From assembly GCA_963699725.1 (NCBI GenBank), contig CAVOVA010000027.1, positions 170,066-234,065 of the forward strand: 64,000 nt of DNA, written 5' to 3'. Under the pieces are notes generated by a model. The model saw only the letters and a list, made by a program, of their open reading frames with translations, searched no databases and was not told the DNA's origin. This stretch comes from an uncultured Thermoleophilia bacterium (GTDB taxonomy: Bacteria > Actinomycetota > Thermoleophilia > UBA2241). The translations under genes and the position numbers were made by a program. Positions 47,502 through 57,117 of the stretch are shown here, one piece after another. Positions within the stretch are counted from its first letter, which is position 1. Each line of letters starts with the position of its first letter.

Positions 47502-48905
47502 TTACAGCCCCGACTCGGCGACGATACGCTGGAGCGTGCCGCGGACCTCGTCGCCGAGCGGCACGGCGGTGTGTTCGGCGACGAGCCGGCCCGCGAGGAT
47601 GGTCGCCTTCGCGTAGGCGCCCTCCCGGCCGGAGGCGATCCACGCGTCCCACATGCTGCGGTCGAGCAGACGCGGACGCCACACGTCTTTCATGTGCCGG
47701 CGCGTGTGGCGCTGGCCAAGGTAGTTGCCGCCGATGCCTACCTGATTGATCGCGTCGAGGGCGATGGTCTCGTCCTCGACCTCGATGCCGGAGGCGATCC
47801 TCGCGTTCCAGCTGAAGATCTCGGAGTCCATGACCAGCTGCTGTGGGCTGAACGCGTCGCCGGCGCCGAGGGTACCGGCTCCGCTGGTCACGTCGGCGCC
47901 CGCGGCGGTCGTGCTGAGCGTGGCGAAGGCGCCTTGGGTGCAGGCCTGCCAATCGGGCTCGTGGCTCACGGTACGCTGACCGCCGGCGACGACCGGCAGG
48001 CCCACCAGGGCCGCGAGCTGAGCGGCGGCGAGCAGGAATAGCGCGGCCGACGGGCCCGCGGCCGGCAAGCCGGCGGCGGCGGGGTCGGCGGCGTAGAAGA
48101 ACGGCGCGCCGGGGGCCGCGGCCTGTACGGCCGCGCACCCGGCGAGCACGCCGGCGTGGTGACGGATCAGGGCGGCGCCGAGGCCGGCGGCAATCGGTGC
48201 GCCCGCATCGTCCCCTGGCGATTTGACCAGTCCGACTGGCAGGCCGGCGCAGGCGAAGGCGAGCGCCGCATCCAGCGCGTCGGCGCCGCCGCAGAGCGAG
48301 AGCGGCGGGCGGCTGCGGGCGGCTGCGGCCGAGCCGGCGACGGCCGCGGTCATCGCGACGGCCGCGTCGGCTTCGGCGGCCGACGTCAGGCCCGAGGCCA
48401 TCACATGCTTGCTGGTGCCGGTCAGGCAGCGCGCGAGCTCGCCGAGCGGAGTCTCGCCGGCAGCGTGCACCGGCGGACCCGCGACGACGGCCACCTCGGG
48501 CAGCGCGTCGGCGAGGCGTACGGCAGCGTCGAGGTCTGCTGCGGTCGCCGGGACGGGGTCGTCGCCGGCGAGCGGGCGTACCCGCGAGGGCACGCCGGCG
48601 GGGCCGGCGGTCGCGATCCCGGCGGCCAGCCAGATCCGACCGGCACCGACGCGCACATCGTGCTCCGGCGCGCGCCCGGCGAGCACGAAGCTTGGGGGCG
48701 CCGACTGAGCCGCGGCCTCGGCCGCGGCGGCCTCGGCGCCGAGCAGCTCGAGCGCGGCCGCGTGCACGCGCGCCACGTCGTCATCGCTCAGCACGCGCAG
48801 GGCGAGGCGCGCTCGGGTCGTCAGGATGGAGCGCGCCCGCGGCAGCGCCTGCGGCGCGCCGCCGGCGGCGCCCGCCGCACTCGCGACGTTCGACGGCTCG
48901 GTCAC
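47502..48905 (-). CDS. Divergent, Ala-rich MttB-superfamily protein #5
   Basis: RVH.AALE, LADALP, EPDWQA, QLVMD.E, YLGQRHTR; internal deletions. Confidence 0.72.
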   Translation of the reverse strand: MTEPSNVASAAGAAGGAPQALPRARSILTTRARLALRVLSDDDVARVHAAALELLGAEAAAAEAAAQSAPPSFVLAGRAPEHDVRVGAGRIWLAAGIATAGPAGVPSRVRPLAGDDPVPATAADLDAAVRLADALPEVAVVAGPPVHAAGETPLGELARCLTGTSKHVMASGLTSAAEADAAVAMTAAVAGSAAAARSRPPLSLCGGADALDAALAFACAGLPVGLVKSPGDDAGAPIAAGLGAALIRHHAGVLAGCAAVQAAAPGAPFFYAADPAAAGLPAAGPSAALFLLAAAQLAALVGLPVVAGGQRTVSHEPDWQACTQGAFATLSTTAAGADVTSGAGTLGAGDAFSPQQLVMDSEIFSWNARIASGIEVEDETIALDAINQVGIGGNYLGQRHTRRHMKDVWRPRLLDRSMWDAWIASGREGAYAKATILAGRLVAEHTAVPLGDEVRGTLQRIVAESGL

Positions 48906-50338
48906 CTTCTGCTCCCCTCTGCCTCGGCAAGCACAGCCTGCAGCCGGTCGCGGATCGAGTCTTCAAGTGCGAACGCGCGCGGCTCGTCGCGCAGCTCCTG
49001 CGTGCGCGCGGCCACGCGCTCCCTGAGCGTGGTCGCCCCGGCGGCGGCCCAGCGGTCGTGCGTCGCGCGGTCGAAGAGGCGCGGCGCCCACGTCTCGCGG
49101 TGGTGCTGACGCGTGTAGCCCCGGCCAAGGTGACTGCCGCCTGGACCGACGGCGTCGATCTCATTGAGCGCCAGCGCCTCGTCGTCGACGCCCACCTCGA
49201 CCAGCAGCGCGCGGGCATAGCTCACCAGCTCGTCACCGAGGACCACCGTCTGGTAGCTGCTCTGCATGCCGCTCTCGAGGTAGCCGACGTCGTGGAGCAG
49301 CGTGGCGCGGCTGAGCGCGCCGAGCACCGCCGTGATGCCGGCCTCGGCGGCCCACTGCTCGTCGAACGTCTTGGCGTCGGCGACGGCGGCGTAGGCGAAG
49401 CTCGGCAGCCCGTAGAAGCGGGCCAGGTCCGTTGCCGCGGCGTTGCCGAGGAAGTGCTCGGGCGCGCCGTACACGTCGACGGCGGTGCGCATGTCGAACG
49501 CACCGCAGCCGACACCGTACACAAAGGGCGCCCCTGGCCGTGTCAGCTGGTGGACGACCAGGCCGCTCAGCGTCTCGGCGTTGCCGATCACGATGGTCGC
49601 GGTCATCGAGGCCGGCGCCGTGGTGCCGGCGGCCGGCGCCGGCGCGTAGATCAGCGGGACATCGAGCTCGGCGCAGGCGCAGACCTTGTCGAGCGCCTCG
49701 TCGCTGTGGATCAACGGCGGGTTGGGCATCGCGTAGCAGCCGAAGCTGCGCGCCTCGCCGCACATGGCGGCCATGTCCTTCATGCGGCGCAGGGACACGG
49801 CGTCGTGCGCCGTCGTCAGCAGCGGCTTGCGCGTGCCGGCCAGCATGGCGGCGAACTGGGCCAGGTCGCCGATCTCCGCCGCCACGTCGCTCGGCAGTCC
49901 CATGCTCATGACGAAGTCGAGGTTGGGGAGCTTCTCCGCGAGTGCGGCCATTCCCTCGACGTCGGCGGTCGTGCTCCGCCGGCGCTCGCCGCTGTCGGGG
50001 TCGGTGACGTAGACGCAATCCGACCCCGTGCCGAAGTAGCTGTTACCGTCCTCGAGTTCGAGACCGCCGAGCTCACCGCGGCGCGCGTGGCCCTCGCCGC
50101 CGGACGCGCCGCGCTCCCTGAGCTTGAAGTGGCGCGGCGCGCTCTGCAGGGCGGCGTCGACCAGTGTGGCCGGGATGCGGGCGCGCGTCCCTTCGACGCA
50201 CGCGCCAGCCTGCGCCAGTTGCTCGCGGGCGCGGGCGTGACGGACCTCCACGCCGGTCTCCTCGAGCAGCGCGAGTGTCGCCTCGTGGACGCGCCAGCAG
50301 GCGGCGTCGTCCCACACGGTGAGGCGGGCGGCGGGCAT
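48902..50338 (-). CDS. MttB-superfamily methyltransferase (non-Pyl) #6
   Basis: YFGTGSDC, LDFVMSMGLP, GTTAPAS, LLHDVGYLE. Confidence 0.9.
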   Translation of the reverse strand: MPAARLTVWDDAACWRVHEATLALLEETGVEVRHARAREQLAQAGACVEGTRARIPATLVDAALQSAPRHFKLRERGASGGEGHARRGELGGLELEDGNSYFGTGSDCVYVTDPDSGERRRSTTADVEGMAALAEKLPNLDFVMSMGLPSDVAAEIGDLAQFAAMLAGTRKPLLTTAHDAVSLRRMKDMAAMCGEARSFGCYAMPNPPLIHSDEALDKVCACAELDVPLIYAPAPAAGTTAPASMTATIVIGNAETLSGLVVHQLTRPGAPFVYGVGCGAFDMRTAVDVYGAPEHFLGNAAATDLARFYGLPSFAYAAVADAKTFDEQWAAEAGITAVLGALSRATLLHDVGYLESGMQSSYQTVVLGDELVSYARALLVEVGVDDEALALNEIDAVGPGGSHLGRGYTRQHHRETWAPRLFDRATHDRWAAAGATTLRERVAARTQELRDEPRAFALEDSIRDRLQAVLAEAEGSRR

Positions 50339-50400
50339 CAGCGAATCCTGGCGGTCACGGGCGTCCTCGAGGCGGTCATCTGCGCTTCTGGCCGGGGCCG

Positions 50401-51867
50401 TCAGGCCCCCGCCAGCTCCTTGTCGGCGCGCGCGACGATCGCGCGCAGCTCGTTTGCGACGTCCTCCGAGAGCGGCTCGGGCTGATAGCTCGCCAGGATG
50501 TCGTCGGCGATCTCCGTGGCCTTCTCCAAGGCGCCCTTCTTGCCCTCCCGCAGCCAGTTGTCGTACGGCGTGCGGTCCCACACGGTCGGGCGCCAGATCT
50601 CCTTCATGTGCTGCCGGGTGTGCTTCTGGGCGAGGTAGGTGCCGTTCGGCCCGACCTTCTTGATCAGGTCGAGCGCCAGCGTCTCGTCATCGACCACGAT
50701 GCCGCCGGCAACCTTCTGGATGATGCCGTAGATCTCGATCTCCATCACCATGTGCGGGTAGCTGAGGATCTTGGAGCCGTTGAGCAGGCCGGCGCCGTTC
50801 ATCATATCGGCGCTGGTCATCACACTGGCGAAGGTGCTGAGCGAGTCGTCGATCGCGGCCTGCCAGTCGGGCTCCTTGGCCCCGGTGGCCATGGTGCCCA
50901 TCGCCATCGGCACGCCGTAGAAGTGAGCGAGCTGGGTGGACGCGCCTGCAAGGAGGTAGTCCTCGGGCGAGCCGCCGGTGTACCCGCCGGTCTTGAGGTC
51001 GATCACGCTCGGAGCGCCGGCGAAGAAGGCCGGCACGCCCGGGTAGGCCAGCTCGAGGAGGACGACGCCGCTGAGCGCCTCGGCGTTCTGGACGACGAGA
51101 TTGCCGGCCAGCGTCGCCGGGCCGGTCCCGGCCGCGAGCGGCATAGGCATGAAGCCGCTGGCCAGCCCATGCTCGGCGGCTACGAGGTTGGCCTCGAGGT
51201 TGGGACCGTCGTGCGCCAGCGGGTCCACTGCACACTGCATGAAGCTGAGTATCGGACGCTCGCGCAACGCATCCGTTCCGCCGGCGATCGTGGCCGCCAT
51301 CTCGACCAGGTAGCGGGCGGGCTTCTCGCCGACCGTGGTCACCGTCTGGAAGTGCTTGCTGGTGTTGGTGAACACGGCCTCGGCGTCGTGCAGCGCCTTG
51401 GTCGCGGGAGGAACGTCCTGACTGGTGACCACAGGGCCCCAGTAATAGCTGATGCTGGGCAGCGCGTCGACGAAGCGAGCGCTGGTCGCCGCGTCGGCCT
51501 TGGTACTCGGCCGCTTCTCGCCCTTCTTGTGGTCCCAGACGAAGACGCCGGAGCCGTCGTTGCTGAGGTAGCTGTGCTTGCCGTCGACGAGCATGTCGCA
51601 GGCGGGGTCGCGGCCGGCGAGCACGTAGCTGTCCGGCACCTGCGAGACGGCCTCCATGACGACCGCGCGAGGGAGCTTGGCGACCTGCGTCGCGCGGTCG
51701 ATCTCACACCCGTTCTGCTCGAGGACGTCGAGGGCGCGTTCGCTCGGGAACCGGATGCCGACCGTCTCGAGGACGTCGAGCGTGGCCTCGTGAATGCGCT
51801 CGAGCTCGCTTGGGTTGAGCACGTCCCACCTGAGACGGGGGGCGATGGGATTGATTCGGGTGGTCAT
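50401..51867 (-). CDS. MttB-superfamily methyltransferase (non-Pyl) #7
   Basis: NTSKH, GTGPATLAG, DL.TG, EPDWQA, VGP.G.YL. Confidence 0.9.
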   Translation of the reverse strand: MTTRINPIAPRLRWDVLNPSELERIHEATLDVLETVGIRFPSERALDVLEQNGCEIDRATQVAKLPRAVVMEAVSQVPDSYVLAGRDPACDMLVDGKHSYLSNDGSGVFVWDHKKGEKRPSTKADAATSARFVDALPSISYYWGPVVTSQDVPPATKALHDAEAVFTNTSKHFQTVTTVGEKPARYLVEMAATIAGGTDALRERPILSFMQCAVDPLAHDGPNLEANLVAAEHGLASGFMPMPLAAGTGPATLAGNLVVQNAEALSGVVLLELAYPGVPAFFAGAPSVIDLKTGGYTGGSPEDYLLAGASTQLAHFYGVPMAMGTMATGAKEPDWQAAIDDSLSTFASVMTSADMMNGAGLLNGSKILSYPHMVMEIEIYGIIQKVAGGIVVDDETLALDLIKKVGPNGTYLAQKHTRQHMKEIWRPTVWDRTPYDNWLREGKKGALEKATEIADDILASYQPEPLSEDVANELRAIVARADKELAGA

Positions 51868-52038
51868 TGCGGCAGCCTCGAAGGGGTCCGACGACGGCGG
51901 GTCAGGTTGGAGCCGGCAGCGGGCGGGCAGTCGCGGTGTTGCTCAGGAGGAGCCCGTCCGCGGAAGCGGAGGGCCTAGAGACCGCAGGCGCGGTTGATCG
52001 TGCTGATGCTGATGCTGGGAACGGCGGGCACGGGTCGG

Positions 52039-52051
52039 AGTCTACCACCGG
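52039..52051 (-). promoter_or_regulatory. Putative extended -10 promoter upstream of mttB #7
   Basis: CCGGTGGTAGACT on minus strand, with TTGTCG 16 bp upstream of TAGACT. Confidence 0.45.
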
Positions 52052-52150
52052 CCTCGCGCGCGACAAAACGCAGCGGGTTGCCGCGCGGTGCAGCGGTTTT
52101 TCAGTCGACGGAGCGGGCGGCGCAGCGCCCACCCGCCCCGTCGGCGAAGG

Positions 52151-52732
52151 TCAGCTCGGGTCGAGGCCGAGCCGCTCGGCCATCGAGCGCCCGAGCGCCC
52201 GGGCCTGGGCCATGAGCTCCGCGTCATCCGCCGCCGACCCGGGCTTGTCGGCACACCCGCCGAGGGCCACCACGGGCAGCTCTTCGGGGTTCGACAGCGC
52301 CACGAAGCGGCGCATGGCCGCCAAGGTGTCGTCCGCGCTGGACTCCGCGGCGACGGCGATCAGGCCCACGACTTTCGGGGCCAGCCACTCCTCGTGGTAG
52401 TAGCGGGTGGCGTTGCGGTCCATGAACGTCTTCATCTGCCCCGAGACGTTCTCGTAGTAGATCGGCGTCGCAAGGATGAGGCCGTCGGCCGCGTACACTT
52501 GCTCGAGGACGCCGGGCATGTCGTCGTCGTGGGGGCAGGACTGCCGCTCGCCGCAGTTCTCGTGGCCGTCGCAGGCGTTGATGCGCACCTCGGAGAGCAC
52601 GATCCGCGTGCAGTCGCAGCCGCTGAGCTGGAGCTCCTCGAGGGCGGCGTCGACCAAGGTCGCGGTATTGCCGCCTCGCCTGGGGCTGCCGATCACGGCG
52701 ACGACCTTCAGACGGGCTTCAGGAGCGCTCAT
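52151..52732 (-). CDS. Iron-sulfur flavoprotein / flavodoxin family
   Basis: GSPRRGGNT, C..H..C.....C...DDM, TP.Y...VSGQMK.F.DR; RBS GGAGG. Confidence 0.85.
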   Translation of the reverse strand: MSAPEARLKVVAVIGSPRRGGNTATLVDAALEELQLSGCDCTRIVLSEVRINACDGHENCGERQSCPHDDDMPGVLEQVYAADGLILATPIYYENVSGQMKTFMDRNATRYYHEEWLAPKVVGLIAVAAESSADDTLAAMRRFVALSNPEELPVVALGGCADKPGSAADDAELMAQARALGRSMAERLGLDPS

Positions 52733-52782
52733 GTCAATGCCTCCGGATGTAGGTGACGTGGCTTGGACGACGTGGCTCCGGC

Positions 52783-54195
52783 CTAGTCTGTCAGACCGGC
52801 GTGATCGCGAAAGCGCTGGACGCAGTTTATCGGCAGGTCGAGCAGCTCCGCGATCCTGAACTTGGCCTCCATGGCGCTGGACTGGGTGGGGTAGCTGATC
52901 TCGAAGGTCGTGATGCGCCCCAGCTGCCGCTCCCTGCGCACGTCTTCCATTGCGATGGGGTCGGAGAGATCGAAGGGACTGACTCCGAGACGCTCTGCAA
53001 CGTACGCCTTGGCATCGCCGATCCGCATCCCCCGAGTGATCTGCATGCGCGCCACCAGATCTCCAGCAGCGCGCATCCCGCACATCCCCGAGGCGGTCGC
53101 GTGGGCACACGGCATCCCGAGAGGGTCGCCGCCGCCGACCTACAAGCCGTCCAGCCGCAGGATGTCGACGGTGGCTCGCGAGGCGCGCGCGACCGCATCC
53201 AGCGGCAGGTAGCTGGTGATGGGGACGGCGCCGACGCCCATGCCGATGTTCATGTGCACGGGGATCTCGGCCACTTCCATGCACGGCTTGACCACCGTCA
53301 GCGCGCGCGCGATGTTCCACGCCCCCGAGCGGCGCGTGTTCACGGTGACGGCCGGCCCGTAGATGGTCGCTCCTGCCCGGCGAACGAGCTCCATCTGCCC
53401 ACGGGGCCAGAGGCCGGCCAGGCGTACGCCGTCGTACTCGAGCCGGCCGTGCATCCCGAGGACGAACTCGCCGGCCATGCCGACCTGGATGCCCATGTCG
53501 GGGTGGGCCGCCCGGATCCGCTCGATGGCGAGAAGGGTGGCCAGGAAATCGCCGTCTCCGGCGGCGCCGGCGGTGTCGAAATCGATGCCGTCGGCGCCGG
53601 CCTCCCACAAGGCGTCGGCGGTCTTCACCATGTCCTCGACAGCGTGCCCTACCGCCTCTTCCTGGGCCGCCCGCGCCTCGTCCACGCGCGCCAGCGGGAG
53701 CAGCTCCGACCAGTTGGGCGCCGGACCGTCGGGCCTCGAGTACAGCCCCAGGTTGGGCATCGCCCCGTACATCACCGGCACCGTCAGGACCGCCTGCGCG
53801 TCTTTCATGCTCTGGGCTTCGAACGGCAGGATCGTCCGGATGGCCTTGAACGAGTAGTCGACGTGCCCGAGCTCCACAGAGTCGGCGCCGAACATCTGCT
53901 CGTAGATGAGCAGGTCCTGGGTGCGCGTCCCGACCGTCTTGGAGCCGGAGCCGTCGTACGTGAGCACGACCTCGTCGCCGATGTCGACGGCGGAGAACTT
54001 GGCCGGCGACGCCCAGATCTCCAGGAGGTGATCGAGCTCGTCCTCGGCCAGCGGCGGCACCTTGGCTCGGCCCGCGGCCGCCAGGGTGCCCTCCTCGAGC
54101 TCGGCGCGGAGCTCGCTCCGGGTCATCCGCGTGAGCGAACCATCGCCCATGCGGGTGGGGTAGTGCGTCTCCATCTTGCGGCTCTCCCTCGTCAC
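52783..54195 (-). CDS. mtbB: Dimethylamine:corrinoid methyltransferase with in-frame amber (pyrrolysine) at 53140-53142
   Basis: TRMGDG N-terminus, GAMPNLGLY..PDGP, FDT.GAAGDGD; ...LRLDGL[TAG]VGGGDPLGMP..H..ASGM.G.RAAGDLVARMQ continues in frame to 52783. Confidence 0.9.
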
Positions 54196-55631
54196 TGGGT
54201 AGTAGCGCCCGCGGCGCGCGCGTAGCGCTCGAACGTGCCGCGCGCCTCGCGGCGGGCATCGTCGGGAATCGGTGTGGGCACGTGCGCGGCGAGCACGGCT
54301 TCGGCGCGCTCCAGCGCGTCGCTCACGAGAGACCGCCCAGCGAACTCGGACAGGCTCCCGCGCTGGAAGACCGACGGACGCCAGATCTCGCCGCGGCGTG
54401 AGCCCTCGCGGGAGCTCCGCCGACCGAGGAAGTGGCCTCCGGGGCCTACCGCGGCGATGTCGTCGAGCAGCGTCGACGCGTCGTCCACCGCCGGCAACCG
54501 GAGGAGCCGGCGCAGGGACCCGATGGTGTCACAGTCGAGCATGACCTTGGCGGTCGAGATGGCCTGGACCGAGTCCACGAGCCCGACGGCCACGAGCATG
54601 TCGGCCCCGGCGAGGACGGTCGCCATTCCGGTGATGGCGCCCTCGGCGCCGGCCTGGAAGTTGGCCGCCTTGGCATCCGAACTGATCCCCGAGCCCATGC
54701 TGGGGAGCCCGAGGTGCTTGCTCATGGAGAGGCACACCATGTCGAGCAGCGCGACCTCCGGGGCCCCGCACAGGTAGCCGCCGGTGCGCAGGTCGGTCGC
54801 GCCACCGGTGGCTGCGACCGTCAACGCGCAGCCGGGCACCGCGGTCTGGAAGATGACGATCCCGGCGAGGAACTCCGCGATCCCGGTCACGGCCGAGCCC
54901 AGGATGCTCATCGGACTGGTCGATCCCATCAGCGGCAGCGGATGGACGTTGATCGACACCCCATGACGCGCCAGCTCGATCGCGGCGTCGAGCTTGTCGC
55001 TCTCGAACTGCAGCGGCGACACGGGGCAGTGCAGGGAGGAGTAGATGGGTCGCTCGGAGAGCGGCGCGCCCGCGATGGCCTCGAGCATCTCCAGCAGTGG
55101 CGGCACCTGCTCCGGCGAGTGCGCGACGATGCTCTGGACGTGCTTCGAGGTCGACTCCAGGGCGATCAGGTCGGTCTCGAGGCCGCCCGTGAGATCGTCG
55201 AAGCGGGGGTTCGTGAGCGTTGTCCAGACGAAGTCGATCTCGGACAGGGCGTCGAAGAGGCCGAAGTAGTACTCGAGATCGGCTTGGGTGGCCCCGCGCA
55301 CCTCGCCGGTCGCGTCGTCCATGACCATCGTCGCCATGCCGTCGGTGGTGCAGGCGAGCGGCGAGCCGTCGCCGACGACGAGGTCGCGCGCCGGGTCGCG
55401 CCCGGCCATGCGGATCTGGCGCGGCGTCTGTGCGAGGCAGCTCTCCACAAGCGCCGGCGGAAGCTTGGCGACCCGGCGCTCCCGGTGGACCTCCGCCCCC
55501 GCCGCGGCGAGCAGGCGAAGGACGCTCTCCGAGCCGACACCCACGCCAATGTGCTCGAGGACGTGCAGCACGCGCTGGTACAGCGCGTCCTTCTCGGCCG
55601 CCGAGAGGCAGTCGACCCGCGGCGCGGTCAC
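54192..55631 (-). CDS. MttB-superfamily methyltransferase (non-Pyl) #8
   Basis: TSKH, CPVSPL, GSTSP, GAPE, SSDAK...QAG.E; GTGA overlaps at both ends. Confidence 0.88.
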   Translation of the reverse strand: MTAPRVDCLSAAEKDALYQRVLHVLEHIGVGVGSESVLRLLAAAGAEVHRERRVAKLPPALVESCLAQTPRQIRMAGRDPARDLVVGDGSPLACTTDGMATMVMDDATGEVRGATQADLEYYFGLFDALSEIDFVWTTLTNPRFDDLTGGLETDLIALESTSKHVQSIVAHSPEQVPPLLEMLEAIAGAPLSERPIYSSLHCPVSPLQFESDKLDAAIELARHGVSINVHPLPLMGSTSPMSILGSAVTGIAEFLAGIVIFQTAVPGCALTVAATGGATDLRTGGYLCGAPEVALLDMVCLSMSKHLGLPSMGSGISSDAKAANFQAGAEGAITGMATVLAGADMLVAVGLVDSVQAISTAKVMLDCDTIGSLRRLLRLPAVDDASTLLDDIAAVGPGGHFLGRRSSREGSRRGEIWRPSVFQRGSLSEFAGRSLVSDALERAEAVLAAHVPTPIPDDARREARGTFERYARAAGATTQ

Positions 55632-57100
55632 TCCCGCGCCGCCGCGTCGCGGTCCGCCGCGTCGACGATGGCGCGGATCTCGCGCACCACGTCGTCCGGC
55701 AGCGGCTCCGGCATGTGCGTGGCGAGAATGCGGCGCGCCTCCTCCAGCGAGCGCTGATGCAGATCCTTGCCGCCCGCGGCGGCCCAGTCCTCTCGCACCC
55801 TGCGGTCGATCAGCTTGGGCTGGGACTGACAGCGCATGAACTTGAGCGTGGAGTCCAGGCTGAGGAAGTCCCCGAAGGGGCCCACCTGAGCGATGTCGTC
55901 CACGCCGAGCAACTCGTCGTCCATCGGGACGCCCCCGACCGCGTGCTTGATCATCCGAGCGAACTCGTTGTCCATGACGAGCTGGCCGAAATCGAACGCG
56001 ACACCCGACTCGATCATCCCCGCGCCGTAGATCAGGTTGGCACCTGCCAACGCCGGCAGCAGCGCGGTCAGCGTCTTCTCGTGACCGGTCTGAGCGTCGA
56101 AGAGCTTGGAGTCGCCCTACAACCCGGCGACGTAGCTCGGCAGGCGATACCGCCGCGCGATGGCGGCGACGGCGGCGCTGATCACGCCGCACTCCGGCGA
56201 GCCGACAGAGGCGGCGGCGAGGCGCAGGTCCATGGCCGTCGTCGAGCTGCCGTAGAGCACCGGAGCGCCGGGACTGGCGAGCTGCGCGAGCGTGATCCCG
56301 GCCAGCACCTCGGCGTTGTGGACGACGAGGGTGCCGGCGAGGTTGACGGGGGCCGACCCGCCCGACATCGCCATCGAGAGGACCAGACAGGGTACGCCGG
56401 CCCGGGCGGCCGAGACGATGGCCTCGGAACACTCCTTCGGCAGCCGCAGCGGGCTGACGGGGCAGACGCCGATCATCACGATCGGGCGCCGCCGCAAGGC
56501 CTCCCGGCCGCCCACCGCGGCGGCGGCGATGTCGAGGATCACCTCCGTCTCCCACCTGGAGAGTGGACCGGCGCAGATGTGCTTGGAGGTGTTGAGCACC
56601 GCCGCCTCGTAGCTGTGGATCGTCGCCGTCGCGGTGGGCATGTCGTGGGCTCCGACGGCGATCTCGTAGGCGTCCAGCTCATCCAGGTAGTCGGCCAGTC
56701 GCGCGGTGTCGGCGACGTCCTGCTTGGTCGGCTCGCGCATCTCGCCGGTCTCGAGGTCGGCGATCTTCAGGCCCTCGCCGAACGTGGTGAAGCCGACGCG
56801 ACCGGCGTCGAGCATGATGTCGTCCCTGGGGCTGCGGCCGGCGGCGAAGACGCGCTCCGGTGACGAATCGATGGCCGCCTCGACCAGCCGGGGCGGGATC
56901 CTCACTACGCCGGTCGCACGATCGACGATCGCGCCCCCGGCCTCGAAGATGTCCGTCGCCTCACGGTCGTCGGAGAACACGCCGGTCTGCTCGAGGACCT
57001 CCAACGTGGCGAGGTGCAGGTCCCTGAACTCGTCCTCGGTGAAGGCATTCAGGCTGAAGCCTCCACTGCGCGTTCGCCCTGAATGGGCACGTCGTTTCAA
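55628..57100 (-). CDS. mttB: Trimethylamine:corrinoid methyltransferase with in-frame amber (pyrrolysine) at 56117-56119
   Basis: ...LPSYVAGL[TAG]GDSKLFDAQTGHEKTLTALLPALAGANLIYGAGM... continuous frame; TTG start after GGAGGAGG. Confidence 0.92.
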
Positions 57101-57117
57101 CGACCCTCCTCCCCGGT

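Noticed and set aside
52783-57100. mttB and mtbB as nonsense pseudogenes or four separate ORFs
   Set aside because: Each has one TAG at the conserved Pyl site, with intact conserved sequence downstream.
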